NCBI GenBank assembly: GCA_963740315.1
Contig: CAVUDP010000001.1
Coordinates: forward strand, 512,001 to 576,000
Direction: 5' to 3'
DNA: 64,000 bases
Origin: an uncultured cyanobacterium
GTDB taxonomy: Bacteria > Cyanobacteriota > Cyanobacteriia > Cyanobacteriales > Nostocaceae
In this document: positions 1-10,230 of the stretch, in pieces
Numbering within the stretch: position 1 is the stretch's first letter
Layout: every line of letters begins with the position of its first letter
Notes under the pieces: generated by a model
What the model was told of the DNA's origin: nothing
The model's database searches: none
What the model saw: only the letters and a program-made list of their open reading frames with translations
Program-made: the position numbers and the translations under genes

Positions 1-1
1 T

Positions 2-157
2 CGCGACGAATATTACAACACCGATAGTCCCGATCGAGGAATTGCCGAAGTAATAATTTCTAAACATAGAAACGGTCCAACAGGTGTCGTCAAACTATTA
101 TTCGATCCTCAATTTACCAAATTTAAAAACTTAGCAAAACCGAGTCATTATTCGTAA
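2..157 (+). CDS. dnaB: Replicative DNA helicase DnaB, 3' end (partial)
   Basis: Frame 2 reads RDEYYNTDSPDRGIAEVIISKHRNGPTGVVKLLFDPQFTKFKNL...*; the 'AEVII.KHRNGPTG' motif is the DnaB C-terminus. Confidence 0.93.
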   Translation, partial: RDEYYNTDSPDRGIAEVIISKHRNGPTGVVKLLFDPQFTKFKNLAKPSHYS

Positions 158-352
158 ATAGTTAGGAGTAGGGAGTAGGGAGTTAGGAGTTAAGAGTTAA
201 GAGTTAGGAGTTAGGAGTTAGGAGTTATTATTTTTTACTTCAACTTTCGACGTATTAAAAACCCGGTTGTTTTGAAACCGGGTTTCTTAACTAACTCAAA
301 AGAAAGGTAAAGTTAAAAGTTAAAGTTGAATTTATAATTCCTAACTCCTAAC

Positions 353-476
353 TAAGTGGGTATGCAAAACTATTTGTGTCATTGCGAGCGAAGTGAAGCA
401 ATCCCAAACGCCTGCGATTGCTTCGTTTCACTCCGTTCCACTCGCAATGACAAATATAATTTTGTCTAGGTACTTA
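353..476. mobile_element. MITE-like element, family A (TAAGT...ACTTA ends, GTCATTGCGAG/CTCGCAATGAC palindromic core), copy 1
   Basis: Terminal inverted repeats with TA at both ends and an internal long hairpin; its reverse complement aligns with 32800-32951 and 41075-41274. Confidence 0.7.
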
Positions 477-508
477 ACTCCTAACTCCTCACTCTTAACT
501 CCTAACTA

Positions 509-1033
509 CTAATTAACTCCCAATAATTCCACATCAAAATTCAGAGTTGCGTTGGGGGGAATAACACCACCCGCACCGCGAGAACCATAACCTAACTCTG
601 GGGGGATGATTAAATTACGACGACCACCAACTTTCATCGTGCTAAGTCCTTCATCCCAACCCTTAATTACTTGTCCTTGACCGATTTTAAACTGGAAAGG
701 TTGACCGCGATCGCGAGAACTATCGAACTTGGTTCCATCTTCCAAAGTACCCGTATAGTGAACGGTTACAGTTTGTCCGGATTTAGGAGTTTCTCCAGTT
801 CCTTCCTTTAAAACCTCATACTTTAATCCCGAAGGAGTAGTAACGATTCCGTCAGACATCTTATTATCGCTCGCTTTTGTAGTTGTACTATCAGCTACTG
901 TAGTAGAAGCTGGTGATTCTTGAATAGTATTTTGTGAAGCATCACTCTGGGGTGCTTCAGTCGAAATTTGAGCGCAGCCCAAAAATACAACACAAAGCAG
1001 CACGAAACCCACACGCTTCAAAATTGCCTTCAA
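509..1033 (-). CDS. FKBP-type peptidyl-prolyl cis-trans isomerase with lipoprotein-like signal
   Basis: [31 protein letters not shown] and [22 protein letters not shown] motifs; N-terminal FLGC. Confidence 0.95.
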   Translation of the reverse strand: MKAILKRVGFVLLCVVFLGCAQISTEAPQSDASQNTIQESPASTTVADSTTTKASDNKMSDGIVTTPSGLKYEVLKEGTGETPKSGQTVTVHYTGTLEDGTKFDSSRDRGQPFQFKIGQGQVIKGWDEGLSTMKVGGRRNLIIPPELGYGSRGAGGVIPPNATLNFDVELLGVN

Positions 1034-1219
1034 TTTAGGTATCCTCCCTATTGTTTTATGTTCTAAAAATAGGATTACCAGTAGAACAAAACTTAGTTTA
1101 AATCACAACAGCGATCGATGAACAATTATTAAGGTCAAAGGTCAAAGGTGGAAGTAATAAGGTTAATAATAAAAAGTTAGGAACTCTTCCCCCTCCCCTT
1201 GTCCCCTTTCCGCTAAAAC

Positions 1220-1543
1220 TCAGCGCCAAAGCTTATTTTCCAAATCGCGTACTTGACGCTCTAAACGGTCGATTCTACCGCGCAATTCGTCAACTTCCGA
1301 TTGACGCGCCACTCCCAAATCTTGCAGCATATTCTTCATTTGTCGCTGCATATTTTTGTCCCAGTTACCTTGCTCGGACTTCAATTCCTGTACCACATCA
1401 TCCATGACAGCTTTGGCTTGTTCGGGATCGAGTTTGCCGTCTTTAACTAACTGCTCGCTTGCTTCCTTGATTTTGTCTGCCACTACCGAAGTTGTACCGA
1501 TACCGAGCATTAATAATTGCTGCATCCAATTGTTGTTATCCAT
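1220..1543 (-). CDS. Phasin-family protein
   Basis: LLMLGIG...LVKDGKL...ARQSEVDELRGRIDRLE pattern of cyanobacterial phasin-like proteins. Confidence 0.75.
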   Translation of the reverse strand: MDNNNWMQQLLMLGIGTTSVVADKIKEASEQLVKDGKLDPEQAKAVMDDVVQELKSEQGNWDKNMQRQMKNMLQDLGVARQSEVDELRGRIDRLERQVRDLENKLWR

Positions 1544-1675
1544 ACCACGTTCCTAATAGTTCTCCCTTCTTTATCCCGGCTCACTCTGTTGTAAACAATA
1601 AAGCTATGCTAGGAATTAAACTTTAGCAAATATGCTAATTCTATTGTGGCAAAGTAGCACGGGGAATGAAATAGG

Positions 1676-1987
1676 GTGGTAATTGAGTTACTTAAGTTTA
1701 GAATAGCGCCCAAACAGCGGGAAAAATACATCCACAGAGACGCACAAATCTGGACGGCAGCGCTGGCTAATTATCCCGGATTCATAGGTAAAGAATTGTG
1801 GATTAACCCCAATGACCCCACAGAGCTTGTTATGGTAATTCGTTGGGAAACGCGAGAACAGTGGAAATCGATTCTCCAAGAAGAAGTAGACGCGATTACA
1901 GAAAGGTTTGATAAAGATTTGGGATTTACTTATGAGATGGTAGAGTCATCCGAATATCAGGTACGGAAATTTCCCCATAGCGATTAG
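1676..1987 (+). CDS. Cyanobacterial TIGR03792-like ABM-fold protein
   Basis: MVIELLKF...WT..LA.YPGFIGKELW...IRWETREQWK. Confidence 0.75.
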   Translation: MVIELLKFRIAPKQREKYIHRDAQIWTAALANYPGFIGKELWINPNDPTELVMVIRWETREQWKSILQEEVDAITERFDKDLGFTYEMVESSEYQVRKFPHSD

Positions 1988-2073
1988 TTAAAGAGTTAGG
2001 AGTTAAGAGTGAGGAGTTAGGAGTTAGGAGTTATAAATATAAAACTGGTTACTGGTTAGTGATTAGTGATGAT

Positions 2074-2304
2074 ATGCCTAAAAAAATTCGAGAATTGAAA
2101 AGTTTGTTACGTAAAGCAGGATTTACTTATCAACCCGCAAAAGGTAGTCATACAAAATGGAAGCATTCTAAATTATCAAAAGCTATCATTATTCCAGGGA
2201 AGGATGGTGATGATGCGAAAACATATTTAGAAAAACAAGTTAATGAATCGCTTGAAGAATTAAATAGATTGCAAGAAGAGGAAAGAGAGGAAACAGAAGA
2301 ATGA
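2074..2304 (+). CDS. hicA: HicA-family toxin (intact)
   Basis: MPKKIRELKSLLRKAGF...KGSHTKWKH; ATGA overlap with the downstream hicB. Confidence 0.9.
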   Translation: MPKKIRELKSLLRKAGFTYQPAKGSHTKWKHSKLSKAIIIPGKDGDDAKTYLEKQVNESLEELNRLQEEEREETEE

Positions 2305-2525
2305 AATACACGATAATTGTTCAATGGTCAAACGAAGACCAATGTTATGTAGTTTCACTACCTGAATTTGAAAATGTATTTCAACCTTGTACCCACGGCG
2401 ATACTTATGAAGAAGCAATAAAAAATGCTCAAGAGGTGTTAGAAATGCTCGTTGAATCTGCCTTAGAAGACGGCGAACCTTTACCAGAACCCAAAACATG
2501 GGGACAATCATTTAAAGTTGCATAG
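2301..2525 (+). CDS. hicB: HicB-family antitoxin (short form, no DNA-binding domain)
   Basis: YVVSLPE...THGDTYEEAIKNAQEVLE...GEPLPEP. Confidence 0.9.
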   Translation: MKYTIIVQWSNEDQCYVVSLPEFENVFQPCTHGDTYEEAIKNAQEVLEMLVESALEDGEPLPEPKTWGQSFKVA

Positions 2526-2537
2526 ATGTCTAATGTT

Positions 2538-2767
2538 ATGCCAAAAAAATTCGAGAATTAAAAAAATTATTACTGAAAGCAGGATTTACCAGTCGTTCTG
2601 GAAAAGGTAGTCATACAAATTGGTATCACCCTTTATTATCTGGGAAAGTAACTTTATCGGGTAAAGACGGTTCTGATGCCAAAGCTTATCAAGAGAAAGA
2701 TGTTAATAATGCAATTGCAAAAATAGAAGAAATAGGAAACTCTATAGAAGAAGAGGAAGAATTATGA
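2538..2767 (+). pseudogene. hicA: Second HicA toxin, frameshifted (one A missing in the CCAAAAAAA run at codons 2-4)
   Basis: ATG CCA AAA AAA TTC GAG AAT TAA; adding one A gives MPKKIRELKKLLLKAGFTSRSGKGSHTNWYHP...EEL* overlapping the next ATG. Confidence 0.85.
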
Positions 2768-2976
2768 ATCAATACACAATAATTATTCAATGGTCAAAGG
2801 AAGATAATTGTTATATTGTGAGTCTTCCTGAATGGGGAGAGTTTTGTCATACCCACGGCGATACTTACGAGGAAGCAATAAAAAATGCTCAAGAAGTGTT
2901 AGAAATGCTCGTTGAATCTGCCTTAGAAGACGGCGAACGCAATACCCGAACCCAAAACATGGGGACAATCATTTAA
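2764..2976 (+). CDS. hicB: Second HicB antitoxin, C-terminal tail frameshifted by +1 nt
   Basis: HicB motif HTHGDTYEEA; 2851-2986 nearly identical to 2391-2525 except for an extra base near GAACGCAATACCC. Confidence 0.8.
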   Translation: MNQYTIIIQWSKEDNCYIVSLPEWGEFCHTHGDTYEEAIKNAQEVLEMLVESALEDGERNTRTQNMGTII

Positions 2977-3031
2977 AGTTGCATAGAGATAAAATAGATT
3001 AATATATAGACCCTGACAACCAAATCCAACT

Positions 3032-3262
3032 ATGAATACTATTGAAATTCGCGAGCAAATTAACAAATATCTTGATGGTTTATCTTCCGAAAGCTTAGAG
3101 GTAGTTGTCAACTTTTTAGCTTATGTGAAAGGAAGAGAAAGTGAAGCGGCTACCCAAGAATTAATAGATATTCCCGGTTTTATTGAATCTTTTGAAAAAG
3201 GTAAAAAAGATATTGCTCAAGGACGTGTAAAAAACTGGAGAAATATTAGGTCTGATGTATGA
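3032..3262 (+). CDS. Putative antitoxin of a RelE/ParE module
   Basis: Small acidic protein (EATQELIDIPGF...GKKDIAQGRVKNW) overlapping the start of a RelE-like ORF. Confidence 0.7.
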   Translation: MNTIEIREQINKYLDGLSSESLEVVVNFLAYVKGRESEAATQELIDIPGFIESFEKGKKDIAQGRVKNWRNIRSDV

Positions 3263-3515
3263 AGTTATGTTATCCGCTGAAGCAGAATAAATTTATGCTT
3301 CAGCAGATCAAGCACTTGCTAAAAAAGTTGCTAGATGTTTTGATAAATTAGAACAAAATCCCTATTTTCATCCTAATATTAAATCTTTAAAAGGTAATTT
3401 CGCTGGATATTCTCGCTATCGTATTGGTGACTATCGAGTAATTTACCAAATTGATGATGAAAATAAGCAAGTAATTATTATTACTATTGTTCATCGCTCG
3501 GAAGCTTATGAATAA
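3255..3515 (+). pseudogene. RelE/ParE-family toxin with premature TAA at codon 12 (3288-3290)
   Basis: MYEVMLSAEAE*IYASADQALAKKVARCFDKLEQNP...KSLKGNFAGYSRYRIGDYRVIYQIDDE...IVHRSEAYE*. Confidence 0.88.
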
Positions 3516-3719
3516 AGATGAAATAGTTACTTAATTTTTTTTCTCACAGGTGCTAAAACAACTAAGAAATCAAATTGTTCTCGTTCGACATTAGAAGAAC
3601 TTGTAGCGCTAACACTATAATTAAGAATTTATAAATCAAATTAACAGTATTTGTAAAATAATCGTAAAGCTATTTTAAAAAAGGAACGCGATCGCAAACA
3701 ACTCCGGCGATTTTAATTG

Positions 3720-4712
3720 CTAAAGCGCGATCGTAATTCCCATACTTGCGGCTCGTCTTGCAGCATCAGCAACTTTGAGAGCATAGAAACTTTCTTCGGG
3801 AGTAACGTACAAAGGAGTTCCATCGAAAAGATAATCTAAAACCATAGCAGTATCTTTAGCGAATAAACCACGACTGCTACCAACTTCTATAGGAGTTGTT
3901 TCTTGTGCATTAATAAAAGCACCCTCCGCAGAATTGAAAATTAATCCGCCATTTTCACCATGTACTTCAAATTTTCGTTCTGCTTCCCACATCATTTCGC
4001 CTTTCGCGTATACAACTTCAGCTAAAAGTCCACTAGTAAAGTTAAGTTGAGTTGTACAAAAACAAGATTGGTAAAATTCTGCAACAGTACCCCCAAATCG
4101 ATTATGAGAATTAACCGCCATCACTTCACCAAATAAATTTGTCAAACGATGTACTCTGGAGAGCGCACCCATCAAAGGGAAACCAAAAAGTTGATGGGTG
4201 TAAGTCCACTTACGGGGCGCTGGATGTTCGGGCTTAATCGTGCTGTAGCGTACATAAAACACTTCACCCACTCGATCTAAATACTGTTTTAAAGCTTGAT
4301 GCAAACCGCCTAAAAGTTCAATATGCTCTACATGAAGTAGTTTTTTTTTCGACTTCGCCAAACCGATCAATTCGGATGCGGATGCTAAATCCAAACTCAT
4401 AGGATATTCCACAACAACGTGTTTATCAGCCTCTAATGCCGCACGCGCGATCGCACCATGTTCTGAATTAACATTGCTAATTACCACTAAATCAATATCG
4501 GATTCTATCAACACAGCAGGAGAGCTTACCGCCTTACACGAAAAATCCCTAGCAAAAGCTTCTGTTTGAGACGAATCATTTCCGACAACCGCAGCTAAAT
4601 CAGTCCTATTATCGCTTAAAAACGTTTGTGCCCTTAACTTAGCCGCATACCCAGTACCAACTAACCCTACCCGCACTTTAATAAAATCCCTGGCTTCGCC
4701 CAAACAGTCCAA
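3720..4712 (-). CDS. bvdR: Gfo/Idh/MocA oxidoreductase, probable biliverdin reductase
   Basis: GLVGTGYAA Rossmann motif, KHVVVEYP, HVEHIELLGGLH typical of cyanobacterial BvdR; start codon uncertain. Confidence 0.75.
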   Translation of the reverse strand: MDCLGEARDFIKVRVGLVGTGYAAKLRAQTFLSDNRTDLAAVVGNDSSQTEAFARDFSCKAVSSPAVLIESDIDLVVISNVNSEHGAIARAALEADKHVVVEYPMSLDLASASELIGLAKSKKKLLHVEHIELLGGLHQALKQYLDRVGEVFYVRYSTIKPEHPAPRKWTYTHQLFGFPLMGALSRVHRLTNLFGEVMAVNSHNRFGGTVAEFYQSCFCTTQLNFTSGLLAEVVYAKGEMMWEAERKFEVHGENGGLIFNSAEGAFINAQETTPIEVGSSRGLFAKDTAMVLDYLFDGTPLYVTPEESFYALKVADAARRAASMGITIAL

Positions 4713-5196
4713 GAATTATACATTATTACCAATGGCTTAAGTAGGTTGGCTTTGAAAATTGTAATTATGAAGAGGAAGTAGCAAGTGGGGTTGGGGGCAG
4801 TAGGGGCTACATTCTGTAAAATAGTTGGCTTTATTTGTGCCGACTTACTTGTTGCAAAACTTATCATTCTTCGCAAAGTAAAACTATTCAGATATAGCAT
4901 GAACCTTCTAAATTCATTTGATAATCTATTTACAAAATCACTTTTTTTTAAATCTATATAATTTTTTCTAATAGTCTCGATAAAACCAGTCGAATTGCAT
5001 AAGTTTCACTTATGTTTAATGACAGTCCTTATTTCATTCCTAATCGAGACAAAAAACTAGTAACAAAGTCCGATTTTTCTCGTAGTATCAGAATTGAAGC
5101 AAATTTAAAAAAAACGGCTATTCCTTTAGGAGCAGCCGCATGGTTTGCTTTAGGATAACTTATACTGCCGTTTGCAAAAAAGAGAGGATTTACAAA

Positions 5197-5496
5197 ATGG
5201 CAACTTTCAAAGTGACACTCGTCAGCGAAGCCGAAGGTTTAAACCAAACTATCGACTGTGATGACGATACTTATATTTTAGACGCAGCTGAAGAAGCTGG
5301 TTTAGACTTGCCTTACTCTTGCCGTGCTGGTGCTTGCTCCACCTGCGCTGGTAAGATTACATCCGGTTCCGTTGACCAATCCGACCAATCTTTCTTAGAT
5401 GACGATCAGATGGAGGGTGGATATGTATTGACTTGCGTCGCTTACCCAACTTCTGACTGCACCATCGAAACTCACAAAGAAGAAGAACTTTACTAA
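5197..5496 (+). CDS. petF: Plant-type [2Fe-2S] ferredoxin
   Basis: MATFKVTL...[16 protein letters not shown]...[31 protein letters not shown] upstream of ATG 5197. Confidence 0.97.
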   Translation: MATFKVTLVSEAEGLNQTIDCDDDTYILDAAEEAGLDLPYSCRAGACSTCAGKITSGSVDQSDQSFLDDDQMEGGYVLTCVAYPTSDCTIETHKEEELY

Positions 5497-5790
5497 GAAC
5501 GGAATACAACTCAAAGCAGAAATCACTGTCTTTTAGTTGAGAAATTAATGATTTGAGTAAAAGCAGCACCGTATCGGGAATTATTTTCCCCTTGCAGTAG
5601 CTGCTTTTTTGTCAAGAAAGCCGAGGGGGGAGAGGGGGAGAGGGGGAAGAGAGCCGCCGTAGGCTCTTGATGCCGCCGTAGGCTCTTGATGCAATTAATT
5701 ATTTATTTTCTTCCTCCGCTTCCTCCGCTCCCGGAGCTCCCGGAGCAATATCATCTCCTAACTCCGTGAGCTATCCCAATACCCCATGCC

Positions 5791-7386
5791 CTATTTCCCA
5801 GCCTTCACCGCATTACTAAGCATCTGAACCTGAGTGCCGGGATAGTAGAATTTAAGGATTTCTCCATTTGTCCAACCTAGATTAGCTAGATTTCGAGCGC
5901 CAATTTGACTCAAACCCACTCCATGTCCCAATCCACCGCCAACGAAGGCATATCCCCAAATTCCGGGTTTTCCTTTGTTCAATGCTTGCAGGTAAAATAG
6001 GGTGCTTCTGGGTGCGAAGAAAGCGCTACGAACTTCGTCTTTATGTAGATAAAAAGTGCCGATATCAGTGTTTACCGCTAACTTAAGGATTCTTCCGCCT
6101 TGACTGCGTTCGACTACTTCAATATTCTTAACGGTTTTAAACTTAGCAAAGGGACTATTTTTGACTTTTAAGAATTTCTGCAATCCCTTGGTGATATTTT
6201 CTAAACTACTTTCCCTACGCCAGCGAAACCATTTTTCATCGCTTTCGTTAAATCCTTTATTCAAACTCATGAACAAACGAAAATTCTTTTCCGAAGCCAA
6301 ACTTTGTCGAGACAAATTCCAAACATCTGTCGGCGTATCTATTACAGGTTTCAAATAAGGACGATTCTCCCCATTCCACACGCTGCTAAAAGCTGCGGTT
6401 ACACCACCAGCTGTTGAAGAGTACAGAGCATCTACTAACTCGTTTTTATAAGTTAATACCATACCCTTAGTTGCTGCGATCGCCTTATCTGTTTTATCCG
6501 TCGCTCCCCTGAGTCCGTAATAAACTTGGCAGTGAGTATCGGCACATAATTCATAATTATCTACTTCAAATCTACGTAAATTTCGCAGCACGTAGGTACG
6601 AGCAATAATTGACTGTGCTTCCATCGCTGCTTCAGGAGATTGCGCACCAATTTCATAAGGCACTACTCCGCGCAAATAGGTTTCTAAGGATACATTATTA
6701 ACTAAAGAATACGTACCGTAAGCATTCGGCTGTAATTGCAGCTTTCCAGCATAAAGACGTTTAGTTTTGGATTTTCCGCTTTTACTTACTTCAATTAAGT
6801 TTTTATCGCTAGTAATTTTCAGATAGTTTCGATTGTAGCGGTATCCATTTACTACCCAACTTGCTTGAGGTACCCGACGCAAAACTTTACTATCAACATA
6901 TGCCGTTTTTTTACCAGACTCTTTCACGCTTTTCAACAACAAGCGTCGCAATAAAGGTGTATTATAGACCTCTCTTTTCGCCCACACCTGCCAACGTTCC
7001 GGTTGAGCAATTTCTACTTCTATACCCTTCTTACGCCACATATTAGCACTGTCTTCCGCAGTTTCAAAAGTGCGAAAGGTTCCTAAAACCAGCCGCTCAT
7101 CCAAAACTGGCTGTGTTAACGGTTGCATAGCCGTTTGTATCTTTACAGGTTTTGAAGTTAAAACGGTTTGCTGCCTTTTATTATCTGTAAAAGTCAACTT
7201 TAATTTATCGCCTTTCGTCGGCTCCAGTATCAATTCATCATCGGGGTTTGACGCAAAACGCTGCACGATCCCAATTTTGAGTTCAGTATCAGAAACCTTG
7301 GTTGCAGGAACCGATGCTCCTGTTAGTCCTAATAAACACGAGGCTGTCAGTACGGTACAAGATAAACGCTCTAAGGAAATTTTCAT
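5791..7386 (-). CDS. SpoIID/LytB-domain protein
   Basis: LETYLRGVVPYE, AQSIIARTY, LCADTHCQVY, GGGLGHGVGLSQIGA...ILKFYYPG. Confidence 0.92.
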   Translation of the reverse strand: MKISLERLSCTVLTASCLLGLTGASVPATKVSDTELKIGIVQRFASNPDDELILEPTKGDKLKLTFTDNKRQQTVLTSKPVKIQTAMQPLTQPVLDERLVLGTFRTFETAEDSANMWRKKGIEVEIAQPERWQVWAKREVYNTPLLRRLLLKSVKESGKKTAYVDSKVLRRVPQASWVVNGYRYNRNYLKITSDKNLIEVSKSGKSKTKRLYAGKLQLQPNAYGTYSLVNNVSLETYLRGVVPYEIGAQSPEAAMEAQSIIARTYVLRNLRRFEVDNYELCADTHCQVYYGLRGATDKTDKAIAATKGMVLTYKNELVDALYSSTAGGVTAAFSSVWNGENRPYLKPVIDTPTDVWNLSRQSLASEKNFRLFMSLNKGFNESDEKWFRWRRESSLENITKGLQKFLKVKNSPFAKFKTVKNIEVVERSQGGRILKLAVNTDIGTFYLHKDEVRSAFFAPRSTLFYLQALNKGKPGIWGYAFVGGGLGHGVGLSQIGARNLANLGWTNGEILKFYYPGTQVQMLSNAVKAGK

Positions 7387-7594
7387 AGAAATTAATAATC
7401 AAGGGTGCCGCCCGTGCTATATGGGAGTCTTCCTAAAAAAGCAGATGCAGCTTAATACTATTGTGTATAAATTGCCTAATAATACCATTAGCAATTTTTT
7501 TTTCAATCGTCTAGTTGCAACTTGAACTCATAATGAGTATGATTAAGCTATAGATATAAAACAATATTAATCATTGGAGAGGGCGATCGCGATT

Positions 7595-7855
7595 ATGAAA
7601 ATTGAAGAAATTCCCCTAAACCAAATAAAGCGACCACTTCCGCGTCAAAATGACCCGAAAAAAGTAGAAGCCTTGATGAAATCCATAGCAGAAATTGGGT
7701 TGCAAGAGCCGATAGATGTATTAGAAGTCGATGGGCAGTATTACGGGTTTTCCGGGTGTCATCGCTTCGAGGCTTGTCAGCGCTTAGGTAAATATTACAT
7801 CAAAGCTAGAGTACGTAAAGCGCCCAAAAGTGTTTTGAAAATGCATTTAGCGTAA
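7595..7855 (+). CDS. srxA: Sulfiredoxin
   Basis: ParB/Srx fold with catalytic FSGCHR motif. Confidence 0.92.
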   Translation: MKIEEIPLNQIKRPLPRQNDPKKVEALMKSIAEIGLQEPIDVLEVDGQYYGFSGCHRFEACQRLGKYYIKARVRKAPKSVLKMHLA

Positions 7856-7890
7856 TTAGTTGTTGGTTGTTATTGGTTTTACTAACTTTT

Positions 7891-8015
7891 AACTTACATT
7901 TTGCACCAGTGTCAGAAACCCGGTTTCTGTTGGTGAAACTATCATTATTACGTTGTGCGACGATCGAGAAACCGGGTTTCTTTGGGCTTAACGAGAATGG
8001 TGCAAGATGTGAGTT
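7891..8015. mobile_element. MITE-like palindromic element (CTYACATYTTGCACCA...TGGTGCAAGATGTGAG ends; internal AGAAACCCGGTTTCT repeats)
   Basis: Terminal inverted repeats; related partial copy near 63392-63482. Confidence 0.55.
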
Positions 8016-8075
8016 AACTCCGGTGGTCCGGTAGTCCTAACTATTAACTATTAACTATTAACTATTAAATTAACC

Positions 8076-8852
8076 ATGAAAACAACAAAAAGATTGCAGG
8101 AAAAATACATCTTAATTACAGGCGCTTCCCAAGGTTTAGGAAGGCAGCTAGCAATTGATTTTGCTCTATGTGGTAGTGCGGGAATTGCGATCGTAGCGCG
8201 TAACAGTGAAGCACTAGAAACTGTGCGTCAACACATTTATGAAATTGCACCGCAAACCCAGATTTTGGTAATCAATGCCGACTTAACCAAACATGAAGAC
8301 ATCGAGCGTGTAATAGCTACAACATTGAACGAATTCAACGGTAAATTAGACGTATTGGTGAATAATGCATCAAGTATCGGACCATCACCAATGCCGTATT
8401 TACTCGACTATCCTTTAGAGGATTTTCGTAACGTTATCAACACCAATTTAATTGCTCCATTCCTATTAATTAAAAAAGCATTGCCAGCAATGATTGAAAG
8501 CGGTGGTTCCATCATCAACGTTAGCAGCGATGCGGGTGTAAATGGTTATCCCGGTTGGGGTGCTTACGGTATTTCCAAATTCGGTATTGAAGGAATGTCG
8601 CAGACATGGGCGGCTGAATTAGAAGACAGTGGAGTTCGCGTTAATTGGGTAGATCCAGGAGACATGAACACCGCCATGCACCGCGCAGCAGAACCCGAAG
8701 AAAACCCCTTGCAGTGGGCGAATCCCGCAGACGTGACGGAAGTCTTTATTTATCTAGCCTCCGAAGAATCGCGTCAAATTAACGGACAGAGATTTGAAGC
8801 CCAAGAAGAAAATTGGGGACAAGAGACAAAACAGCTAACAGTTGTTAGTTAA
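8076..8852 (+). CDS. Short-chain dehydrogenase/reductase
   Basis: TGASQGLG, NNAS, YGISK catalytic motif. Confidence 0.93.
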   Translation: MKTTKRLQEKYILITGASQGLGRQLAIDFALCGSAGIAIVARNSEALETVRQHIYEIAPQTQILVINADLTKHEDIERVIATTLNEFNGKLDVLVNNASSIGPSPMPYLLDYPLEDFRNVINTNLIAPFLLIKKALPAMIESGGSIINVSSDAGVNGYPGWGAYGISKFGIEGMSQTWAAELEDSGVRVNWVDPGDMNTAMHRAAEPEENPLQWANPADVTEVFIYLASEESRQINGQRFEAQEENWGQETKQLTVVS

Positions 8853-8954
8853 GGTGTAGAGACGCGATACCCTTGCGTCTCTACAAACCGTGGGTAAAAG
8901 AAGAATTACAAACTGTAGTCAAATACACCATTAATCAAAAACAATTGAGATATT

Positions 8955-10001
8955 ATGTCAACACCCTTTACTTTTTTACTTCCGGCGGAACTCTCCGCCA
9001 AAGAGCCACCAGAGCGTAGGGGAATAGCCCGCGATGAAGTACGGTTGATGACCATTAATCGTGATTCTGGCGAGGTTCAACACTCCCGTTTTAACGGTAT
9101 AAGTGAATTTCTGCGCCCTGGTGATTTACTAATTTTTAATACAAGTCGCACCCTTCCGGCTTCTCTTGAAGGCTGCGATCGCAATATAGACAAATGTGTC
9201 GAAATCCGCTTAGCGCAACATCTCCCGGATGATTCTTGGCTGGCTTTACTTTTGTGTCAGCAGGGAAATCCTTTTGCTTGCGGTTTGCAACAAGGTATGA
9301 ATTTAGATTTTGGCTTTGGTTTAACTGCAAAGGTAGAGAAACAGGATATTCATATTCCTCGTTTATGGAAAATTCGGTTTTCTTTTGCGGGTACCGAGTT
9401 AATGGATTTGATTTATCGTTTGGGGAATCCCATACGTTACGAATACATATCTAAACCTTGGGATTTAGACTATTATCAAACTGTTTATGCCAAAGAACCA
9501 GGTTCGGCAGAAATGCCATCAGCGGGAAGGGCATTTACTTGGAAGCTGTTATTTGACTTGAAACGTCATGGTATAGACATAGCGCAAATTGTTTTGCATA
9601 CAGGCTTATCTTCCTACATGGATGACGAACTCGATGCCCTCCATCCAGCATCAGAAGAAGAGTACTTTATAAGCGAAACAGCGGCGCAGAAGATTAATCG
9701 AACTCGCAAACGAGGAAGAATAATAGCCGTTGGAACAACCGTAGTTAGGGCATTAGAATCAGCCGTAGATGTTGAAGGTGTAGTGCGATCGCAGCATAGT
9801 TATACTCGGTTGCATATTACAGCCGAACATCAATTAAAGGTAGTAGATGGTTTATTGACAGGAATGCACGAACCAGAAGCCAGTCATTTAGACTTATTGA
9901 CAGCATTTTTACCAGCAGAAGAGATTCGTGTAGCTTACGAAGATGCAGTAAAACGCGGTTATCTGTGGCATGAATTCGGCGACTTGAATTTGATTGTGTA
10001 A
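8955..10001 (+). CDS. QueA-like protein (divergent paralog of SAM:tRNA ribosyltransferase-isomerase)
   Basis: YQTVYA, AVGTTVVRALE and GD.NLI are conserved, but signature motifs are altered (see findings). Confidence 0.85.
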   Translation: MSTPFTFLLPAELSAKEPPERRGIARDEVRLMTINRDSGEVQHSRFNGISEFLRPGDLLIFNTSRTLPASLEGCDRNIDKCVEIRLAQHLPDDSWLALLLCQQGNPFACGLQQGMNLDFGFGLTAKVEKQDIHIPRLWKIRFSFAGTELMDLIYRLGNPIRYEYISKPWDLDYYQTVYAKEPGSAEMPSAGRAFTWKLLFDLKRHGIDIAQIVLHTGLSSYMDDELDALHPASEEEYFISETAAQKINRTRKRGRIIAVGTTVVRALESAVDVEGVVRSQHSYTRLHITAEHQLKVVDGLLTGMHEPEASHLDLLTAFLPAEEIRVAYEDAVKRGYLWHEFGDLNLIV

Positions 10002-10230
10002 ATCACCAATGTAGAGACGTAGCACTGCTACGTCTTCTTCTTTTTAGGTTGTCACTCCTGCTATTTAACTTTCAGAAATATTTTCGCGGGATTTTAAATC
10101 ATTAACAGAGCGCGATACTTTTTAATTTAGAGAAGTAGATATTTTTGCCCCAGGGTTTTGTGTTGATTTTCATCTTTTATATCAAGCTGACTTAATTTAA
10201 AAGAACCGATTTATAATATCTAGAGAAATT

